Below, piece after piece: positions 1 through 11,100 of a stretch of 64,000 bases of DNA. The translations under genes and the position numbers were made by a program. Under the pieces are notes generated by a model. The model ran no database searches. It was not told where the DNA came from and worked only from the letters and a program-made list of their open reading frames with translations. The stretch covers positions 128,001-192,000 of the forward strand of contig CAWFJP010000015.1 in the NCBI GenBank assembly GCA_963816145.1. The letters are read 5' to 3'. Source of the DNA: an uncultured delta proteobacterium (GTDB lineage Bacteria > Desulfobacterota > Binatia > UBA9968). Each line of letters starts with the position of its first letter. Position 1 is the stretch's first letter.

Positions 1-217
1 GCGTGCCCGGTCCGACCCGCGTCAACTCCGGATCGGGTTCGGGAATCTTGAGACCATAGGCGCTCTTCATTAGTTGTCCCTCCGGTTGAACGCTATCGGC
101 GCGATCATATGCCGGCGCTACCCCGAGTCAAGGCAAAACTGTACTGTATGGCTTGACAGCGTCGCGCGACAAGCACTAGTTTCGAACATTCGATTTCGGT
201 CGAAGGGAGATCTTTCA

Positions 218-1318
218 ATGGCTCATTCATTTCCGATCATCGATGCCGATGCCCATGTCATCGAAACCGAGCGTACCTGGGACTACCTCGATGATTCCGA
301 CCGCAATTACCGGCCGCGACTCTACTCGACACCGAACGATCCGATGCGCCAGTATTGGGTGCTAGAAGATAAGATCGCCGGATTTCGTTTCCTGACCTTG
401 AGCGAGCGCGAGCTCCAGGAGTTTGCCGACCGCGCCGGAAGAAACTTTACCACGCCGCAAGCGGCGCGCGAGCTAGACGATGTCGAGTTGCGCCTCAAAC
501 ACATGGACGAACTGGGCATCGATATTCAGGTGTTGCACAATACCTTTTGGATCGAACAGGTGACGACTAAGCCCCAAGCCGAGGTTGCCGTGTGCCGCAG
601 TTGGAACCGCTGGCTCGCCAACATCTCCAAGCAAAGCCACGGCCGCCTATTCTACTCGTGCGTGGTTCCCGCCATGGACATCGAAGCAGCGATCGGCGAA
701 ATCAAGTTCGCCAAGGAAAACGGCGGCGTGGCCGTGTGCATGCGCCCCCTCGAAGGCGAGCGCCATCTCTCCGATCCATATTTTTATCCGATCTATCAAG
801 CGGCCAGCGATCTCGACTTAGCGATCGCCGTGCATATCGCCAATGGCAATCCGGCAAACGCCGATCTCTACCGCCAAGCGCCCGCAGGCCGCTTCGCCCA
901 GTTCCGTGTGCCGACCGTCACCGCCTGCTTTGACGTTATCATGAGTGAGCTGCACCAGGAATTTCCCAAGCTGCGCTGGGGTTTTATCGAAGCCTCGGCC
1001 CAATGGGTGCCCTGGATCGCCCGCGAGACCGCGATCCGCTACCGTGCCCAAGGACGGACGTTCCCTGAGAATGTATTCGCTGAATACAATATTTACGTCA
1101 CCTGCCAAACCAACGACGACGTGCCCTACGTGGTCAATTGCTGCGGTGAAGATCGGCTGGTCATCGGCACCGACTACGGCCACACCGATCCGTCGAGCGC
1201 GGTGACCGCGTTGAACGAATTTCAACGAATGGAAGGGTTAGACGCCGGAGTCAAAGAAAAGATCCTGTCGCACAACGCCAAGGCGCTCTACAATCTGCTA
1301 GCGAACAGCGTGCATTAG
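218..1318 (+). CDS. Amidohydrolase family protein (amidohydro_2)
   Basis: IIDADAH metal motif, C-terminal GTDYGH; ATG 218 after GGGAGA. Confidence 0.88.
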   Translation: MAHSFPIIDADAHVIETERTWDYLDDSDRNYRPRLYSTPNDPMRQYWVLEDKIAGFRFLTLSERELQEFADRAGRNFTTPQAARELDDVELRLKHMDELGIDIQVLHNTFWIEQVTTKPQAEVAVCRSWNRWLANISKQSHGRLFYSCVVPAMDIEAAIGEIKFAKENGGVAVCMRPLEGERHLSDPYFYPIYQAASDLDLAIAVHIANGNPANADLYRQAPAGRFAQFRVPTVTACFDVIMSELHQEFPKLRWGFIEASAQWVPWIARETAIRYRAQGRTFPENVFAEYNIYVTCQTNDDVPYVVNCCGEDRLVIGTDYGHTDPSSAVTALNEFQRMEGLDAGVKEKILSHNAKALYNLLANSVH

Positions 1319-1339
1319 GCAGCAGCGAAAGATTAAGAT

Positions 1340-1420
1340 TCACCACGAAGCGCACGAAGGACACGAAGTGTCGGATCTTTATAATTCCAACCTTCGTGCG
1401 CTTCGTGTTCTTCGTGGTGA
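1340..1420. repeat. Hairpin with arms of three 9-bp CACGAAG units
   Basis: caccacgaagcgcacgaaggacacgaag ... cttcgtgcgcttcgtgttcttcgtggtg, between convergent genes. Confidence 0.85.
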
Positions 1421-1497
1421 GAACGAATTTCTGAATCAGCCTGAGAGTAGGAATGCCGCTTGGTAGACCTTGCGCAATAACGATTCTGAACGAAGCG

Positions 1498-2781
1498 CTA
1501 CTGCCAAGATGAGATTGGCGATTGCACGATACGCACGGCGGAACCGCGCAGCGCGGATAGCCATTTCGCCTGTTCGCGCCTGAATTGACTGAGCTTATAT
1601 CCTGACAGCGATTCCATGCTGGGAATTTTTACCGACAAGTAGTCGAGCTTCTCGCCATCGCGAGCGAATTCGAAATGAAGATGCGGACCGGTGGCATAGC
1701 CGGTCTGGCCGACTGCGCCAATCGTATCACCAACATTAACTCGGCGCCCTTCTTCGATCCCCCCGGCGATACGAGACAAATGAGCATAACTCGAGGTGTA
1801 ACCTCCGGCATGTTTCAGCTCGACCATGAGGCCGTATCCGGGACGCCACCCGGCAAACTCTACGGTCGCCGATCCGACGGCAACCACCGGCGTACCCTGG
1901 GCCGCTTGAAAATCGATCGCTTCATGGGGTCTCAACACACCCGTGGCCGGATCGGGCCGCGCTAAATCGAATGTCGACGATATCCGATCGAACTTCAACG
2001 GCGCCGCCAAAAACGCTCGCGGCAACAAGTGACCATCGGCGTCGTAATACTGCACGACACCACCTCCAACGTTGAAGCCGAAGGCATCGAATAACCGTCC
2101 GCCATGCACCACTCGAATCGCCGCCATCGAACCTTGGACCGCATGTCCATCGAAATATTGTTTTTCCGGCAGGACCAACAGTACCTCATCGCCCGCACCG
2201 AGGTCCGCCAACAAATCCACTTCGGCGCTGAAGATCCGCTGCAACTCAGCGATCTGCGCCGCGGATATGCCGGCACGAGCGGCGCTCTGCGCGAAATTAT
2301 CCGTGACGCGTACCCGAACGCTATTCGATCCCGCCACATGGGCAAGCTCTTGCTTTTCGACCGACCAGCCGCCCAAGCCATCGCTCACACGTACGAGATG
2401 TTCCTGCATTACAAATTCGACGGCGCGCACGTTTCTATCCAGTGGATCGACAAGAATGCTGAACGCCTGATCGCGCGGCATACGCCGCAGATCGACCGCG
2501 ACATAAATTTTTCGCAACAATTCCTGTGCCGAGGAAGGACGAAGACCGAATCGATGCAAAAGTCCTTGAAGCGACTCGTTGCGGCCGAGGCGCACAGCAA
2601 TCCGTTGTTCGGACCCGCGGCTGATACTATGCAGTGGAGAGATTTTTTCTCCGTTGCTCGACGGATCTGAAACCGGCATAAAGGTCAGTGCAAACAAAAC
2701 CAGCGCTGCGCAAAACGCCGCGCCAATCGGCAGTCCAGCGAAAACCTCGACAACAAAAATCCGTAGCTGTTTTTGGAGCAT
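1498..2781 (-). CDS. M23 family metallopeptidase (MepM-like)
   Basis: HEAIDF, YAHLS and TGPHLHFE motifs; N-terminal TM helix. Confidence 0.9.
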   Translation of the reverse strand: MLQKQLRIFVVEVFAGLPIGAAFCAALVLFALTFMPVSDPSSNGEKISPLHSISRGSEQRIAVRLGRNESLQGLLHRFGLRPSSAQELLRKIYVAVDLRRMPRDQAFSILVDPLDRNVRAVEFVMQEHLVRVSDGLGGWSVEKQELAHVAGSNSVRVRVTDNFAQSAARAGISAAQIAELQRIFSAEVDLLADLGAGDEVLLVLPEKQYFDGHAVQGSMAAIRVVHGGRLFDAFGFNVGGGVVQYYDADGHLLPRAFLAAPLKFDRISSTFDLARPDPATGVLRPHEAIDFQAAQGTPVVAVGSATVEFAGWRPGYGLMVELKHAGGYTSSYAHLSRIAGGIEEGRRVNVGDTIGAVGQTGYATGPHLHFEFARDGEKLDYLSVKIPSMESLSGYKLSQFRREQAKWLSALRGSAVRIVQSPISSWQ

Positions 2782-2961
2782 GAAGGAGCAGAACGAAACA
2801 GTTTTGCAGTTTAGTATGCGAGAAATGACCTAACGTCAAGCGATTTTTATCTAAAATCGGTCTATTCTTTAAAACGCAATCAGGAATCACCGTAGTTCCA
2901 GTTACATAACTGACAACAGCTCGCAAATATTTTTTATTCGAAATAAATTTGCGCGATTCAA

Positions 2962-3471
2962 TCAAGCACAAAGCTCAAAGGCGCGATGATACTGGACCTT
3001 GCCGCACGGGTAATCGCCGGTAAATGATTGCGCTATAAAGAATTGCGCTGGGACATTTTCAAAAATCAATTTATCACGAGCGACAAAACCAAAGCGTCCG
3101 TAATAGTCCGGTTCGCCCAAGACCACACAACCTTTTGCCTCGATGGCGCGCAGCGACCCCAAACCCGCATTGACCAAGCGTGATCCGATGCCGGTCCTTT
3201 GGTAGATTGGCGACACCGCCAGCGGCGCCAACCCGAACCAATCGCACAACAGGCCATCGACTGTCACCGGCGAGAAAGCAACATGGCCGACAATTTGACC
3301 CTTGATTTCCGCGACTAACGAAACCCTCAGCGCTCCACAATCACGCAATTCGTCGACCAGTAACGATTCTTTTTGATCACTCTGAGCCACGCCAGCGAAA
3401 GCCGCTGTGACGACGCACCGAATTGGCTCGATGTCGGAGACTTGTTCAGCGCGGATCAATACCTCAGACAT
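2962..3471 (-). CDS. GNAT N-acetyltransferase (YhbS-like)
   Basis: LAPLAVSPIYQRTGIGSRL, VLGEPDYYGRFGF. Confidence 0.88.
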   Translation of the reverse strand: MSEVLIRAEQVSDIEPIRCVVTAAFAGVAQSDQKESLLVDELRDCGALRVSLVAEIKGQIVGHVAFSPVTVDGLLCDWFGLAPLAVSPIYQRTGIGSRLVNAGLGSLRAIEAKGCVVLGEPDYYGRFGFVARDKLIFENVPAQFFIAQSFTGDYPCGKVQYHRAFELCA

Positions 3472-3493
3472 TATTCTTTCATCGGTAGGACGA

Positions 3494-4435
3494 TCACGAG
3501 CGGAGCGCTTGGTAGATCGCTGTGACATGGCGATGATCGGTGCCGCAGCAGCCGCCAACCACATTCAAATTCGGCAGCCTGGCCATGAGCGCGCGATAAC
3601 GTTCAGCGAGGTCTACAGGGTCGCCGGCGTCCAGGCTGATCGCTTCATCGAGTTCTTTGTGGCTCTTGGTCGAGGAATTGGCTCGCAGGCCGCGGATTCG
3701 GGTGAACCAGTTCTCTCCACCTTCGAGCAAGTTGGCGAAATGAATCGGATGAGCGCAATTGATCATGTAATAAACCGGGCCGTTGCCGGTGGCGGCATCC
3801 ACCTGGGCAATTGCCTCGCCGAGCATTTGGCCGTTCGGCAAACGTCCATCGGTTTCAACGGTAAAAGATATGGCCACGGGCATGCCGACCGCCTGCGCCG
3901 CGCGCACGATGCCGATCGCTTCCTCCGGATAGGTCATGGTAAACGCCGCAATCATGTCGGCGTCGGCCTCACAAAATATCTGAGCTTGCGGTCGGTGATA
4001 GGCCTCGGCCTCAACGTCGCTCATAAAACTCGCCGGATTGTAACCGTCCCCCCGCGGGCCGATGCAGCCGCTGATTACCATCGGCGTCGCCGGTGCTTCA
4101 AATTCACGGCGCAGATCGTGTAGCATCGCGATAGCCCGCCGGTTGAGGTCCCCGAGCTCAGCTTCCGAATAACCCAGCTTCGCCCCCCAATCCGCGCTGG
4201 CGCGCCACGTCGCGCTTTCTAGGATGAAGCCTAGACCGCTCTTTTGCGCGATTTCGATGTAACGGCGAAAATACTGGTTCAGAATCGCTAGTCCCGCGGC
4301 ATCTTTGAGAAGATTGAAAGCGGCGAAACATGGCAGCTCCATTCCTTCATGAAAGATGAGCGTGGTCTCCAATCCGCCATCGGTTAGAAACAATTTGCCC
4401 GCAAGCTGCGGTAAACGATCCCGGTACTTCGCCAT
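3494..4435 (-). CDS. Homocysteine S-methyltransferase family protein
   Basis: LTDGGLET, INCAHP, GGCCGTD zinc motif. Confidence 0.9.
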   Translation of the reverse strand: MAKYRDRLPQLAGKLFLTDGGLETTLIFHEGMELPCFAAFNLLKDAAGLAILNQYFRRYIEIAQKSGLGFILESATWRASADWGAKLGYSEAELGDLNRRAIAMLHDLRREFEAPATPMVISGCIGPRGDGYNPASFMSDVEAEAYHRPQAQIFCEADADMIAAFTMTYPEEAIGIVRAAQAVGMPVAISFTVETDGRLPNGQMLGEAIAQVDAATGNGPVYYMINCAHPIHFANLLEGGENWFTRIRGLRANSSTKSHKELDEAISLDAGDPVDLAERYRALMARLPNLNVVGGCCGTDHRHVTAIYQALRS

Positions 4436-4456
4436 CGATGACCACCTCGTTAAGGA

Positions 4457-5437
4457 TTATTTGAGTTTATCGAAAAATTTCTCTTTCTCTAGTTCCTGCA
4501 ACAGGCTTAGATCGATGAACTGTTCCGGTTTGGCATGGGCAGCCTGGGGCATGCTCTTGTACTCCTCGAGCACGGCCCGCGCTTCGTCCAGCGTCGGATA
4601 GGGCCGCTGTTGAAAAAATTTCACCGCATAGCGGTACCCGTCTTCAAGGATATCGGGATCGTTGATGCGCATATATTTTTTCAAAACATTGATGGCCAGG
4701 TTTTTTTGTGTGCGAATGGCATGGATGCCTTCGATTTCGCCGCGGACGAAATTGAGCGCCGTCGGCCGGCTGCGCTGGATGAAACTTCTCGTCGATGCGA
4801 TGGTCACCGCCGGATATTTGTAATCGAGGCTTTCGAAATCGGACAGTTCTCTGAAGCCGGCCTTTTTCGCCACCGTCAACGCCGGCGGCGAGATCGACCC
4901 GCCCGAAATTGCGCCCGCCTTCATCGCCGTCACCAGTTCGGGGATACCGCCGATTTGCACGATGGTGACATCCTTCGCCGGGTCGAGGCCGAGCTTGCGG
5001 AGATAGCGCCGAATGACTAGATCGCTGAGCGCGCCGAAGCGGCTCACGCCGAGCCGCTTGCCGCGCAGATCGTCGGCGGTTTTGATATCCGGCGTCACGA
5101 CCAAACTTTGCGGGATCAGCGGCACCAGAGTCAGGACGTTGACCGTGTCCGCGCCTTGCAAGCCCGCTTGGATCGTGCCGTTGCCGCCGAGCTGGATCAT
5201 CGGCGCTTCGCCGGCGATCAACGCCGACGTGATCGTCGAGGCGCTGCGGATCAACACCAGATCGACATCGAGGCCGTACTTTTTATACAAACCGCCATCG
5301 AGAGCGATCCATGTCGCCAACGACCAAGAACTCTCGGCGGAATAGGCGGCGCGCAGTTTAGTCAACTGCGCCTGTCCATCGGAGCTCGTCGCGAGCAACG
5401 ACAGCAAAGCCAATAGGGAAATGGTTCGCATTGCCAA
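4457..5437 (-). CDS. ABC substrate-binding protein, NMT1/SsuA-like
   Basis: Signal peptide; KKYGLDVDL, DLRGKRLGVSRFGALSD. Confidence 0.88.
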   Translation of the reverse strand: MAMRTISLLALLSLLATSSDGQAQLTKLRAAYSAESSWSLATWIALDGGLYKKYGLDVDLVLIRSASTITSALIAGEAPMIQLGGNGTIQAGLQGADTVNVLTLVPLIPQSLVVTPDIKTADDLRGKRLGVSRFGALSDLVIRRYLRKLGLDPAKDVTIVQIGGIPELVTAMKAGAISGGSISPPALTVAKKAGFRELSDFESLDYKYPAVTIASTRSFIQRSRPTALNFVRGEIEGIHAIRTQKNLAINVLKKYMRINDPDILEDGYRYAVKFFQQRPYPTLDEARAVLEEYKSMPQAAHAKPEQFIDLSLLQELEKEKFFDKLK

Positions 5438-5566
5438 ATTTCCTCCCGGTTAATTCTGCGCCAAGCAAATCGCTTTACGGCGGTTTTCCATCGGTGCGCG
5501 GCTACCGTTACGTTACCGTTGACCGCACCGCAAGGCAGCCAAATATCAACTATCGTTTCATGGCCG

Positions 5567-6661
5567 TTAACTCACCCCGTAAAGCCGGCGCGGATTGTCG
5601 CACAGGATTTTTTCAATCACCGCCGGCGCGACATCTTCCCGCGCCCTCATGTTTTTGACGAAGTCCGGCTCTTTCGATGGATCGTTGTGACCGTAGTCCG
5701 AGCCGATAACGATATGGTCTTCGCCGATATAGCTGAGCAGATGGGGCAATTCTTCGTCGGCCTCGCAGGCGACCCAGAAACGATACTCGCGGAACAGCTC
5801 TTGTGGGTTCTTGGTCTTGAAATCCGGGCGCACCGAACGACGCAGCACATGCCATATATAGGGCACCCAGCTCGCCGCCGCCTCGATGTAACCGAAGCGC
5901 AGCTTGGGAAATAACTCAGGTATCCGATTCGCCACCAGATCGCGGAAAGCTACCACCGGCAAGACGCGATTATGGGCGAAGGTGTGATTGCGCTCGACAT
6001 CGAAATGCTGCATCAAGTGGCGGCTGCCCGAACCGGTATGGATGCAAAGGGTTAAGTCCAATTGCTCCGCCAAGGCATAGACCGGATGAAGCTGCGGGTT
6101 ATCGAGTGTCAAATTGCCCTCCATGCCGCGCAAGAAAATTCCCACCGCGCCCTGCTCCTTGGCCCACTTCATTTCTGCCAAAGACGCCGCCAAATCGCGC
6201 AGCGGCAGGATCACCACCCACTTGAGCCGATCCGGAGCCTTGGCGCAGGCGTTGGCGACAAAGCGGTTATAAGCGCGGCAAAGCGCCACATCCAATTGGG
6301 CATCATCAGTGAGATAGACCAGAAATAGCGTCGGATAAATCACCTGGACATCGACGCCGATCTTGTCCATGTCCTTCAACCGCGCCATGGGATCGGTCAA
6401 CTCGCGCACCGCCAGATGGATGTCGCCGCGGCCGGATTCCTTTTTCTGCGCTGACGGCGTGATCAAACTGAAACTCGCCTTGCCGGCGGGCTTGGGAAAG
6501 ATCTCACCGTCGATCAGCCAAAATGCGTTGCGCTCACGGTACCAGGTATCGTCAGGGATGCGCGCCAAGACCGGCCGGCGCGGATACATCTCTTTGTCGA
6601 TAAAACTCCACATCGCCTCGGACTCGGCGATATGCGTGTCGGCGTCTAAAACTCCGGGCAT
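5567..6661 (-). CDS. Amidohydrolase family protein
   Basis: LDADTH, IHTG, GSDYGH motifs. Confidence 0.88.
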   Translation of the reverse strand: MPGVLDADTHIAESEAMWSFIDKEMYPRRPVLARIPDDTWYRERNAFWLIDGEIFPKPAGKASFSLITPSAQKKESGRGDIHLAVRELTDPMARLKDMDKIGVDVQVIYPTLFLVYLTDDAQLDVALCRAYNRFVANACAKAPDRLKWVVILPLRDLAASLAEMKWAKEQGAVGIFLRGMEGNLTLDNPQLHPVYALAEQLDLTLCIHTGSGSRHLMQHFDVERNHTFAHNRVLPVVAFRDLVANRIPELFPKLRFGYIEAAASWVPYIWHVLRRSVRPDFKTKNPQELFREYRFWVACEADEELPHLLSYIGEDHIVIGSDYGHNDPSKEPDFVKNMRAREDVAPAVIEKILCDNPRRLYGVS

Positions 6662-6852
6662 TTTGAACTCCTTACTTCTAGAATCCGTTCCATTTGTTCC
6701 AGTCGTTCCAAAGGTTCCATCCTCCTCCTGTGTCCTCCGCCGCGATGCGGGGGAGGACCGAGTGATTTCGACCCTTTGTGTTCTTTACGGCCAAATCTTC
6801 CGACTCTGAATCTAGTCACCGCGAACTCCGCGCCGCCGCGGTGAATGCGTCC

Positions 6853-7878
6853 CTAATTCTTAAACTTGTCGATAAAGCCGCTCTTCTTGATTTCGTCGAG
6901 CACGCTGGAATCCAATAGGCGCAGGCTATCGGGGGTCTGGCCTTTGGCTTTGGGGTTCGTCGGCACCAACTGGGACAAGATGAATTCCAAACCTTTGCGG
7001 TCGGGCATGACCATCACGCCGGCGCCATGTTTCGCCAAATAGTAATCGTAGCTGATGTTGGCGTCCTCGCCGTCGACACGAATATATTTCTTGATTAGTT
7101 GCAGGCCAAGGGCTTTATCGTTTTTCACCATGAAATAGCCTTCAATAATCGCCTTCATGGCGTTGACGATCTTGTTTCGATTTGCCGCGAGGTAACCGCG
7201 CCGGACGATAAAGCAGTTTTGCGGGAACGGCACGCCGCTTTCCGCCAAATCGATCAACGAATTCATCTTATGGTCGCGAATGCCCATCGTGGTCAGCGGC
7301 TCCGCCAATAATGTCCCGTGGATGGTCCCATTCATCAGTGCAGCGAAACGGGTTAAATTTCCGCCAACCTGAACGATCGTAACGTCTTTCGGATTGAGGC
7401 CGATCTTTTCCAATGCGACTTGGGTCGCGTAATCCGACGCAGAGCCGAAGCGGCTGATCGCAACGCGTTTTCCCTTCAAATCCTCGGCTCGCTTGACTTC
7501 GGGCCGAACAAGCAATTTATTGGGAATGAAGTTGATACCGCCCGCGATGATCGTCGTGTCGGCGCCCTGAAGATTCGCCGTAATCGCCAGCGCCCCGGTG
7601 GTGAAAACAATCTGTAGCTCATTCGCCAGCATGGCCTGCATCGCCGGCGTGCCGCTCTCCAGGGCCAGATACTCGCCATCGAGCCCGTACTTTTGAAAGA
7701 TTCTCTTCTCGTACGCCGCCCACGCCACGGCATGAATCGCCGTTGAGAAGCCGCCGCTAGCGACGCGGAATTTCTCCTGCGCCGCAACCGGCGCGAAACG
7801 CCCTACGAACAAAAATGCCGTCACGATTAGAACGTCGAGCAATCTCACAATACCTCCCCCTTCGAGCGCTAGTAGCAT
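6853..7878 (-). CDS. ABC substrate-binding protein, NMT1/SsuA-like
   Basis: DLKGKRVAISRFGSASD; signal peptide; start uncertain. Confidence 0.85.
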   Translation of the reverse strand: MLLALEGGGIVRLLDVLIVTAFLFVGRFAPVAAQEKFRVASGGFSTAIHAVAWAAYEKRIFQKYGLDGEYLALESGTPAMQAMLANELQIVFTTGALAITANLQGADTTIIAGGINFIPNKLLVRPEVKRAEDLKGKRVAISRFGSASDYATQVALEKIGLNPKDVTIVQVGGNLTRFAALMNGTIHGTLLAEPLTTMGIRDHKMNSLIDLAESGVPFPQNCFIVRRGYLAANRNKIVNAMKAIIEGYFMVKNDKALGLQLIKKYIRVDGEDANISYDYYLAKHGAGVMVMPDRKGLEFILSQLVPTNPKAKGQTPDSLRLLDSSVLDEIKKSGFIDKFKN

Positions 7879-8182
7879 TATTGATGCTGCCTAAAAAAAG
7901 TGGTCGCCGCTGAAAACCAACATCGGCGCCGATCATACTCCTCACCTAGGAATCCGGTAAAGACACTCGGCGAAGTTATTTTGACCGCAATCGGAGCTGT
8001 GAGATTCTAATGCCGATTATTGGGATGGCCGCGAGGAAAAAATACAATCGTAGAATAACTACCCCGCTGCACGCCGGGGGCAGCGACAAAACTCTGATTC
8101 TCTTATCCGAGATATCCCATAGGCGTGAAGACGGTCCCGTCCTGCCACGCCAAGAATAGTGCCGGCATAGTTGGTCGCTCGA

Positions 8183-11100
8183 CTACTTGGTTTCTTTTTC
8201 AACGAGGTGCAACGCTTGCTCGTCGGAGAGCGATTCTACCGCTGCCAATGCATCGGACAAGTCCGCCTCATCATAATTTGTCAATTCTTGACTGCTGATC
8301 ATTTCTGCCATATGGGCGACGGTGGGTAATTCAAAGAACTCGCGAAAGGGAATTTCGATTTTAAATACTTCGTTTGCGCGAGAGATTATGCTCATGGCGT
8401 GTAAGGACTGTCCGCCCACATCAAAAAAGTTTTGGTCGATTCCCAGACTGTCTATGCCTAACACATCGATCCAGATTTTCACCAGCTTGTTTTCAACAGG
8501 CGTGCGCCCTTCGGCGATCGGTGCGTCCGCGTTAGGCGCCTCAATGTTCGGCTCCGGAAGTGCTTGCCGATCCACCTTGCCGCTCGGCGTGCGAGGCAGA
8601 ACCTCCAAGCGCACGAAGGCCGAGGGCACCATATAGCTAGGCAACCGAGCTGCCAAAAAATTCCGCAGCATACTGCTGCTGGGCGGTGGCGCATCGGTGC
8701 AAACGTAATAGGCCACCAGGCGCTTGCCCTCCAGGTGATCGGACCGAGCCGCGACCACAGCCGTCGCAATAGCCGAATGCCCGAGCAACATCCTTTCAAC
8801 TTCACCTACCTCGACGCGGTAGCCGCGGATCTTGACCTGAAAGTCTTTGCGCCCTAGATGCAGTAAGCATCCATCCGGCAGAATTCGTCCCATATCTCCG
8901 GTACGATATACCCTTGTCTCCGGTTCCACGGGGTCTGACGAAAACACTGCCGCGGTCAAATCCTGCCGGCGCCAATACCCCGGGGACAGGTAATGGCTCT
9001 TGACCGCGATCTCGCCGATCTGATCGTTTTCCAGCTCGTTACCCGTCTCGTCGAGCAAGAGCACCGTGGTGTCCTCTACGGCGTAGCCCACCGGCACCGA
9101 TCCGCTCGGAGTAGCGGTCTGTTTGTCCACGAAATACCAGCGGATATTACCTGTTTCAGTCGTGCCGAAGCGGTTCACCAGAACACAACCTGGAGAAAAA
9201 TGCTGCTTATACAGATCGACATCCCGCGACGAAAGGGGTTCGCTGCCGAGCACAAGCAAACGGAGCTTGGGAAACAAGTCGCCCTTATCGAGAGTATTGG
9301 CAAAGTGACGAAATGCTGTCGGCACCCAATGTAATAATGTTATCCCTGCGTCGCGAAGCAAGCGAGCAAAACGGCCAAAACCCTCCTCCGCGACTGAAAT
9401 GGGAAATAACGCGGCGCCATTGAGCAATGCGCCGAAGATATCTAGGCGAGAGGCACTAAAACCATGTGAATGAAGCTGCGTAACGCGGTCCTCTCGTGCA
9501 AGCTGAAGACCATTGGTATAGGTCATAATTTGATGGAGGACGTTGCGGTGGTTTTGTACGACGCCTTTGGGGCGACCGGTGGAGCCTGAGGTATAAAAGA
9601 GATAGGCCAATGAGTCCGGAGAAATTGTTGGACTCAGGTTGTCGGTTGGTATGCCGCCGTCAAGCCGATCGATATTTAGAATCATGCTGGGCTCGCGCAC
9701 AAATGCCATCGTCGACGACAGATCGGCGCCATTAGTAACGATCAGAGAGGCCTGAGACTCCTCCAGGATGCTGACCAGCGTGGCATCAGGATAGGTAGGG
9801 TCGAGCGGAACATAACACTTCCCCGCTTTTAGAATACCGAGGATCGATGTCACGGCAGGAATGCCTTGCCTTAGTAGCAATGCCACCGGCTCTGGTTTAC
9901 TACCGAGTCGGTCGATGATAGCCCGCGCGAGCTGATTGGCCACGCGGTTAAGTTCCCCATAGCTTAACAAGAGATCTCCGCTCTTTAGCGCCAATTGATC
10001 GGCATACTTTTCGACTTGCTGCTCGAAGCGAGCCGGAATCGATTGTTCGATGTCCGCCCGGGTGAACGGTACAAAGGAAGGGGCTGGTTTGACGCGCACC
10101 CGCCGTGGCGCAATCTCCGCAACATCCCTGTCGATGATTCGGTGGGTTCGTTTCGCTTGTCGCCCCTCGAACTTTACTAAACGGAGCTTGCCGGTCTTCG
10201 GGTCATTCTCAATGGCGCGTACGTTTCGGACGTCGACAGTCGTCCTCGCGCCACCCTTTGCGTCAAGCATTTTCTGAAACTCTTCTCGGACGGCGGTGTC
10301 GATGTTCCGCGGCGCGACATAGTCGATGCGTACATGTCCGGGACCCTCCGAAACAAACTGGAGCTTATCGATTGTAGGTACGAAGAGTGTTGTCAGCACG
10401 AGGGGGTGAATGCTGTCGTGCACGCCACTCGATAGCACAATGGGTAACGCATCGTTCACTCTACCTCTGATATCGCGAAGCGTTGAAAAGGGCCGATCGG
10501 GGAGTGGTGTCCCTTTAACGACATAGTCGCCAAGCTCATACCGCAGCATTGGCAACGTGTAGTTGTAAAGATTCGTAAGGACAACCCGACCTTCTTTGCC
10601 ATCACTTACGCCTTGATCTTTGTCATCGAGCACCTCGACGATGTTCAGATCATCCATGACCATCATCTGATCGCATTCAGGCGTTTTTATCGCAATGTAT
10701 TTCGACTCCGACGCGGCATAGAGCACATAAATGGGCGCACGCCACGCCTCGCGAATATTTCTTTCCATGCTTTGGGTCAGTTTATCCCCGTAGACAATTA
10801 CTCTCTGCGGGTAAATTCGAAGGCTTCCCTTAAGCGCGAGTTCCGCCAACTGGGCTACGCTGCTGGAATAGCCGCTGAGCCGATGCGGTTGAAAATCATT
10901 TAATTGATTGACCGTCTGTTCCGATGAGCGCAGCAGTGACAGTATCAAAGTGTCGTAGATATTCTTCGGCATGGAATTGACCATGGTCGCAGACGCGAAA
11001 TGGCCAGTCCCTACAATATAAAAAGCAACCTTCGTCTTGCCCTTCGGATAATTTTCAGGCGACGGCAGACGTCCTGCTACAGTTGCGTCCGCTATGGTCC